From assembly GCF_009914755.1 (NCBI RefSeq), contig NC_060929.1: 64,000 bases of DNA; one strand, written 5' to 3'. This stretch comes from the human T2T-CHM13v2.0 reference genome, Homo sapiens. The translations under genes and the position numbers were made by a program. The notes beneath the pieces are model-generated. The model searched no databases and was not told the DNA's origin. It saw only the letters and a program-made list of their open reading frames with translations. Position 1 is the first letter of the stretch. Each line of letters starts with the position of its first letter. Positions 56,342 through 64,000 of this stretch are shown piece by piece.

Positions 56342-59099
56342 TTTTAAATTGATCAGAAAAAAGTATTCTATTAAAAGATAAGAGGGAGTAAAAAAGAAAT
56401 CAAGGTCGTTTCATTTACAAGAGAGATGAAACAACATCAAGCAAAATGATGAAAGGGTGAAGGCACACCATACTCAGACACTTTTTGCTGTCTGCCTCTG
56501 AGCATTGATTTTCTTATGTATGAAATAAAGTGGTTGGCTAACACTTATTATGTTATGTATAAATAATACACTTATTAGTTTGACAACAATGTGAATACTG
56601 TACTTTACAAAAAAGTAAAATACTTCCAACTTAAACCATAGTAAAAATGGTGATGTTCCTCCTTTCTTCCCTTATTTCTTCTTTCCATGTGTAGGAAAAG
56701 ACAGCTCCAGGTCATGGAACATCTCGCTTAAATTTAAACTTTCAAAACCAAGCATAATGATGGCACATGGCAAGTTCTCAAATGTTGGTTGAATTAATCT
56801 ATGCAAGGCAATCACTAAATTGGGTAATTCAGGTATTTCCTACAAAAGAAAATAAGAAAATATTGCCTCTTTTAATAAAATATTTTCTTGTGTGTGTGTT
56901 AATTCAAATTTGGATGTTAGCTAATATTTTGAAACAAGCTAAGATGAAAAAGACATATATAGTTCTAGCTTACATCCATTCGTGTGCAAATCTTTCACTA
57001 CTTTGCACTTTTTAAGAGGTGCAAATGCACAACAAATGTCTGCAATAAAAAAATCTAAAAAAGATGTGAATTTACTATGCTATGTTATTTGCCTGTAAGT
57101 AGACTTAAATGCAAATCTAGCTTTATTGCTAAATAATTTGCTAAAGGTGAGCTCTAAAAAAATAAAATAAATGGTAGTAAACGAAATAATGAAATTAATG
57201 AAAACGTAAATCCTTATAGCCATACTGAGATACTGAAATGATGCATTATATGTCAAGGAAGCAAATTATTTTAAACTTATATGTGCGTGCATGCAACTGT
57301 ATTCATATTTCAGGATAATCTAGAAAATGCCTAATGTTATTCTAATTTTATAGATTCAGATACCAAGACATCAATATTTAATATAATAAACTGTAGGGTC
57401 ATCATATAAAATAACCTAGAATTACTAATTTTTCCCACGTGCCTGTAGGCTTGAAGTCCATCTTTCCCTTAGGTATTTTGAAAATGAATAGAACCACCTT
57501 TATTTAATCTTAAATATGTAAGATTAAATTTTAACATACAAGTGAGGTACAGAATGAAGGGTAAATTTGTTGGTTTTATTAATGGAAAAAAAGGAGGAAA
57601 CTACTAAAATAAACTTTTTCTCCTATTTTGCAATTCATACCAATGTCTCTAGTGGTAGTATTGAACTTTCGATAGCCTAAGATGGACATGAGCATACAAA
57701 ATAATTAGGCAAAAAGACAAAAAAAAAGGATGCTTAAGTAATAACTAGAATTTATTCTTCAACATGACCGGTATCAGAGTTCAAAAATAAATCACATTTT
57801 AATTAACTTCTTAAATATTTGCATGCAATTTCAGTACAAGTTGATCTTCAAATACACACTGCATAAGTATTCTTTAAATTTACTGAGGAGAGGTTTAATA
57901 AGTTTATGGTTATTATAAGGCTGGAAGTAATTGTTAATTACTTTTTCTCTCTTGCAACCTTTTAATAGTCTTCATGAAAATAAATTAGTCCTTTTCTATA
58001 TGCATATGTTATCACCAAGCCTGGCAACTTGCTGATTACAAGGATAAAACTGAAAGAGTAAGAATTAAATCTCCCATTAAAGATTCAATCCTCTTTCCTA
58101 CCTTCATCTTTCATTCTTTTATTCCTGAATCTTGTACTAGGTGAAATAATTAGGACTTTAAAGGAATTTTTTGTAGTATCTGAATGTTCACAATGAAAGA
58201 TACTAATTGTACCAGATTTAATAGTTATGTGTTAGCAATATTTTTTTTTAAAAATTGGCTGTATTTTTAAATATCATGTCAGAAAAATCACTGTGACTTC
58301 ATCCCGATTCAAAATGCATTTTTCCTTGCCCTCATTTTTTCACCAATACATACTATATTATTTGTTTCTTTGTTTGCTATCTTTCACTTTCTTTTCAATA
58401 ACTTAAAGTATGTGAATACACATTTGTATAGGTTTGTGTTTAAACAAAAAATAATCTAAAGATGAAAGTCAAGATTTACTTGCTTGAAACCACTGCACAT
58501 GTTAAATGAGAAATTCCTGGACAAGATTCCCCTTCCCAAATGTATTGTGGGGTTCCCACAGAATTTTGAGCAAAAATGTGTACATTTGAAAAGGCAGTTG
58601 AGATTCTGGCTGCAGTTTGAAAAATATGAACATTAAAAGCCATGTAAAGCAGCAGATCAGAGAAAGAGGGTAGTTAAAATTATAAAATAATTTGGAAAAT
58701 AGTTTTAAATAACTGTTGTTCCATTTTTTTCAGGAGAAATATGGTTAATCCTGTCACAGTTTATAGTGCAGCCCAAGTTTTGATGGATTTGGTCAGATCT
58801 GGGTTGAAAGAAGTTTAGGCATTTTGCAACCTCCTGCTTCAAGGTTACTGGCATAATCTTAGAGTTAAGGGTAGATCTTTGCTCAAGGAAAATTATTCAC
58901 TAAAAAACTGTGGACCTAAAAGCTTGTAATAAAGGGAGTGTCCTTTCAAAAGATGGCGATACAGTCCTGAGGTTCCATGGCATTTATTTTTCTTTAAGTG
59001 AACCCACAAGAAGAACCCTGAATCAGCTACTTTTTATTTAAAATGTATTATAGTATCTATGATCCAGAAGTATATAATGAAAATAGACATCTGCAATAC

Positions 59100-59990
59100 T
59101 GTGATATAATAAGAAATATATATTTGGTCTCTATCTCTGGTTTCTGGTATAGCACTTCTAAAACCCTTGTAATTTACTCAGCAATAAGGGTTCTAGATGC
59201 ATCTTTTGTTCTAACATTTGGTCTCTGACTTCGGTTTCTGATACAAAGCTCCTAATCTCTTAGAATTTTCTGGGTAATAGGAGATTCTTTTATTTCAATG
59301 AGGTGACTCCTGGTGGGCTCCTGAATGGAGGCTGTTTGTGAGAACGGCCAGTCATGATTACAAGCTGGGAATTGTTTGCTTCAACGGTCTACTCTCATCC
59401 TCCAGGAAGAGGAGATGGGCTGGATACTGAGTTAATCATTGATTATGCCTATGTCATGAAGCCTCCCTAAAAATTCCTAAAGTAGGGGTTTGAAGGGCTT
59501 CCAAGTTGCTGAACACATGGAAGTGCTGGGAGATTGGAGCCCCCAAAGAGGGCAAAGAAGCTCTCCACCTCATCCCATATACCTTGCCTTTGTACATTTT
59601 CATCTGAGTATTCATCTGTATTCTTTATAATGTCCTTTATATTAATCCAGTAAACATAAGTAAATCTTTCCCTGAGTTCTGTGAACCATTCTTGCAACTG
59701 ATCAAGCTTGAAGAAGGGGTCATGGGAATTCTTGATTTATAGTGGTTGGTTAGAATTCAGGCCATAATCTGGAATTTGCAACTGGACTGTGGAGTAGGTG
59801 GTAGTCATGTGGGAGTGAAGCCTTAACTCGTGAGGCCTGTGCTTACTTCTGCACTAGTTAGTATCAGAATTAAGCAAGAAAACCAGTTGGTGTCCAAGGA
59901 GGAGTGGAGATTTGCTTGGTGTAGAAAACCCGTACAGCTGGTCACAGGAGTGTTCTGTGTTGAGAACAACTGAAGAAGAAAAAGCAGTTT
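59100..59990 (+). mobile_element. MER21 (A/B-like) LTR
   Basis: TGTGATATAATAAGAAATATATATTTGGTCT start; GTAAATCTTTCCCTGAGTTCTGTGAACCATTC. Confidence 0.85.
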
Positions 59991-60049
59991 GTTTATCTAT
60001 ATGCAACATCATTATATGGTACTTATTTTATACAGATATCTTTACATTT

Positions 60050-60423
60050 TGTATTAGTCCATTCTCACACTGCTATAAAAAACTGCCTGAGACAGGGTAA
60101 TTTATAAAGGAAAGAGGTTTAATTTGCACAATTCCACATGGCTGGGGAGGCCTCAGGAAACTTATAATCATGGCAGAAGGGGAAGCAAATGCGTCCTTCT
60201 TCATATGGCGGCAGGAGAGAGAAATGCTGAGCAAACAGGGAGAAGCCCCTTATAAAACCATTAGGTCTCGTGAGAACCTAATGCTAGCATGACAACAGCA
60301 GCATGGAGGTAAACATCCCCATGATTCAATTATCTCCCACTGGGTCCCTCCCACAACAGGTGGGGATTATGGAAACTACAATTCAAGATGAGATTTGGGT
60401 GGGGACATAGCCAAACCTTATCA
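60050..60423 (-). mobile_element. THE1D-like MaLR solo LTR
   Basis: TGTATTAGTCC...GGGGACATAGCCAAACCTTATCA; TSD CATTT / CACTT. Confidence 0.92.
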
Positions 60424-62109
60424 CACTTTAACCAAGTCACCCCATTTTATTTTTCAGATTTATAAAGTGCCTCAGCATCGTTATATGCACACATATACAT
60501 GCTTACACACATATGCACACACACACACCATTCGAAAATAAGTTGGTACTTTTTCCTTAATGATTCCTTAATTTTTTAAGCAACATTAGGGATTATAAGG
60601 TTTAAGAGATTCTGCTTTTCTTTTCTAGAATTTTTGTATTTATTTAAAGAAAGCTTCCAACACTGCCTGAACTTATTTATGTGCAGAAGTTCCTCCTTTC
60701 TCTTTCTGAAAAGCCAGGATCTATTATTTTTCTTCTTCAGTAATTTAATGAAAGAAGAGTTTTCTTGACATTTTTGCCGTAAATCTATAATGCTGTCATC
60801 TACATCTACATTTTTAACCCTTGTCATATACCATGTCAAAGGTATTGCTGGCCAAGTAGCTGATTGTGAATAGAAAAGTATGTAAGTTAGTGGACTCTGT
60901 CCCTGAAGCTGATCATATGCGTTTTTAAAACCTGTGACATCAGTATTGTCTAGCATAGTAGTCATTTGCAGATCACATTGAGTTTGAGAGAAAAGGAAAA
61001 GACTGTGTTACAGCCTGTGCCATAAATACTCCTCTGCTGCAGGCATTTAACCCTCTTTCCACTAGGGAAGGAAATATAGGGCGAAGGATTTGATGTTTCC
61101 TAAGTACCAGGTGGCAGCTAGGAGATGTCCAAATACTTTCTATAGTCCACAAACATTTTTTTACATATACCCAGAAACCAAATGAAGCAAGATTTTTAAA
61201 CCTCATTTTACTGTGAAAAAAAAATAGGCCAAGAGAAATTTAAAATATTTTCTTTTACTTAAATGGGGAGTAAATCTTCAATTCAATAATGAATTGCTGA
61301 GAGTTTTCAAACTTGGCATGCCCAGTATATTACAGGGGGTTGGTCTTTATTAAAAGCAGGTGTCATTTCTGTGGTTGTCTTATGTCTTGAGAGATGCTCA
61401 ACATGAATTATTCCCTAGACAACAAGGGCTTATTCCAGTGGCCTCTTTCAAGGACTCTTAAATGTCATAGTATTTGATTAATTTTACATTTTTATAAGAT
61501 TTAAAATTATCTGAAGAGTCCAGTAGTGCCTTCATCCCTACCTTCAGTATCTATAATCTTATTACAATTTTGACAATAATGCTTTTTAATTGTTTCTTTC
61601 CAGAAAACTATTTGGTGGTGTTTGCTTGTCAATTAACTTGCAACACATTTATCTGTGTGAATATGTATATATTACAAATTTAAAATGACAATGAAGCATC
61701 CTCTTAAGGCCTAATATCCCCATTCTGTATATGCTGTAGTGGGAAGATGTAATCAGTATTATTGTTTGTTAACAGTTTAGTTTTACACATGCAGATGAGT
61801 GATGAATAGCAACAATAATTTAGAATTCATTATATGTCTTCTATAAAATTTAAGGACAAATTCAGGATGGCTCCATTTCCAACGATGTTCATTAACGTGG
61901 TGTTACTAAGAAACAGAAAGAAATGGCAGTGCAGCTGCTTATACTTATATTTAGAACAGAGTAACTATGCATGATTAAAAGTAACCATATACTTTTTAGA
62001 CAGTAGCCTTAGTTTTATTTAAATTATAACAGACGTACATTATCTAATGGATCAGACAAACAATAAATTATTGTCAGGGTAGAAATATTGGCTGGCATTT
62101 TGGTCCTAC

Positions 62110-62180
62110 GTGAACTAAAATAACTCTATATTTAACAGATTATTGTAAAAAAGATATATATAAAGTAAAAAATATATATT

Positions 62181-62223
<43 letters not shown>

Positions 62224-63515
62224 TTTTTTTGACAAGGGTACAAAGACAATTCAACATAAAAAAATTCTTTTTATCAATTATGCTGAGAGAAATGGAAATC
62301 CACAGGCAAAGAAAGAAATTGGACCCCTACCTAACACCATATACAAAGTTAACTCCAAATGTATCGGAGACTTAAATGTACGAGCTAAAACTATACAACT
62401 ACTGGAAGCAAACAGATGCTGCTGTCTTCCCGACCTTGAATTAGGCCATGATTTTATGGATATAATTACAAAAATCTCAAGTAGTCAAATAAAAAGTAGA
62501 TAAATTTGACTTTACCACAATTAATCTTTGGTGCCTTAAAGTATCATCAGGAAAGTGAAAAGACAATCCACTGAATGAGAGAAAATACTTTTAAATTTTT
62601 ATGTATCTAGAAAGAGACTTGTATCTAGAAGATATAGAGTTATTTCTATCCAACTCTAAAGGTACAAATGGCTCAATTAAAGTAGGCAAACTATTTTAAT
62701 AGCCATTTCCTCAAAGATAAATAAAAATTGTCAATGTGTCTGAATAGCTGCTTAAAATTATTAGTCCTTATAGTAGAGCAAATCAAAACCACAATAAAAT
62801 ATCTGCTTATATTTACTAAGATAGTTATAGTAACAACAATAATAAGGTCAATACTGTGTTGCTGAGGACCTGGAAAAACTGGATCCCTCATATAATGCTG
62901 GTGGCAATTTAAAATAATGTAGTTGCTTTGGGAAAACAGTTTGGCATTTTTTCCAAAGTTAAACATAGAGTTACTATATAACTCAGCAAGTTCACTGCTA
63001 GTTAAAAATGCTCAAGATAATTGAAAACATATGCCAACACAAAAACTTTTACACAAATGCTCATAGCAGCATCATTCATAATTGTCAAAAAAGTGAAAAC
63101 AACAAGAAAGCCTATCAGTTGATGAATAAATAAACAAAATATGCCATATCCACATAATGGAATGTTATTCAGCTATGAAAAAGTACGGTACATGCTAGAA
63201 CACTAAGGAACTTTAAAAATATATGATTAGTGAATAAAAGCCAGACACAAAATGCTACATATTCTATCATATGAAATATCCAGAATAGGCAAATTTATTG
63301 AGACGGAAGGCAGATTAATGTTTGCCAGGGACTAGAAAGAGGGGAAAATTAAGAATGGCTATTAATATATGTGAATTTCTTTTAGAGGTGATAAAGAAAT
63401 TTTAAAATTAGAGAATAGTGATGGTTGTAAAATTCTGTGAGTCTACTATTGGAATTTTACATTTTAAAAGAATGAATTTCATGGTATATGAATTAAATCT
63501 CAATAAAACTAACAA
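62110..63515 (+). mobile_element. L1MB/L1ME1-like ORF2 end and 3'UTR, with a TA/(CA)n tract at 62155-62220
   Basis: GGACCCCTACCTAACACCATATACAAAGTTAACTC...GAAATATCCAGAATAGGCAAAT...ATGAATTAAATCTCAATAAA. Confidence 0.85.
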
Positions 63516-64000
63516 AAATTATATATAATATTTATTATTAAGAAACTTGATTACTGTATCAGAAGCTAGGATTATCTTGAGGTTCATGGAACAGACAGTA
63601 AATGGTTTGCAGATGGAATAACTTATTAAAAATTCTTCTGAATTTCATGAAGGCAGAATGAATTGGATGTATAAGAAATCAGACAAATATTTGGAGACTC
63701 TTCTATAACATGCAGTATTACATCTTCGAATAAAAAGATTGAATTATAAAAAATATTTTAAATATAAAATTATCAGAGTATAATTACTGATTAGACAGTG
63801 AATCTAAAGAATAATAAGAAGTCATCTGTGATGTCATGTTTTCAAGCTTATGAAAAGAAAATGGAAATCAGGTAAATTCTGGAAATATAAACTTTACTGC
63901 CATCTGCCCATAGGTCACAACTAAATGCAATAAGTTTTTGTTCTTTTCTTTTTTGTGTGAGTGGTATTGATTTACATATGGACTTTGCAGGTAAATTCCA

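Noticed and set aside
60576-61206. Adjacent 129-aa and 77-aa minus-strand ORFs in unique DNA
   Set aside because: No recognisable domain or exon structure; lengths are compatible with chance. I cannot formally exclude them without a database search.

Overview
This is AT-rich, CpG-poor primate genomic DNA, almost certainly human, because it contains an L1 with the human-specific pre-Ta diagnostics. I find no supportable host protein-coding gene, RNA gene or CpG island, and the ORF track consists of L1, Alu and MaLR remnants or chance ORFs. The window is mostly nested transposon fossils: L1s from L1M to L1HS (three with 5' inversions), a THE1C-like provirus, MaLR/MLT2/LTR16/MER21/ERV1 LTRs, a decayed ERVL gag-pro remnant, seven Alu/FLAM copies, MER2/MER8/MER20/MER5 DNA transposons and microsatellites. 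I see no evidence for a new enzymatic or gene system. The most unusual signals are repair and recombination scars: a two-template local copy-in inside an MLT1 LTR (23377-23506); an unidentified TSD-less insert of about 1.08 kb splitting an L1 (17334-18409); a TSD-less L1HS pre-Ta insertion; shared non-consensus bases between neighbouring inverted Alus and inverted L1s; and AT-rich palindromes. Subfamily names come from recalled consensus sequences, and boundaries of old elements are approximate.
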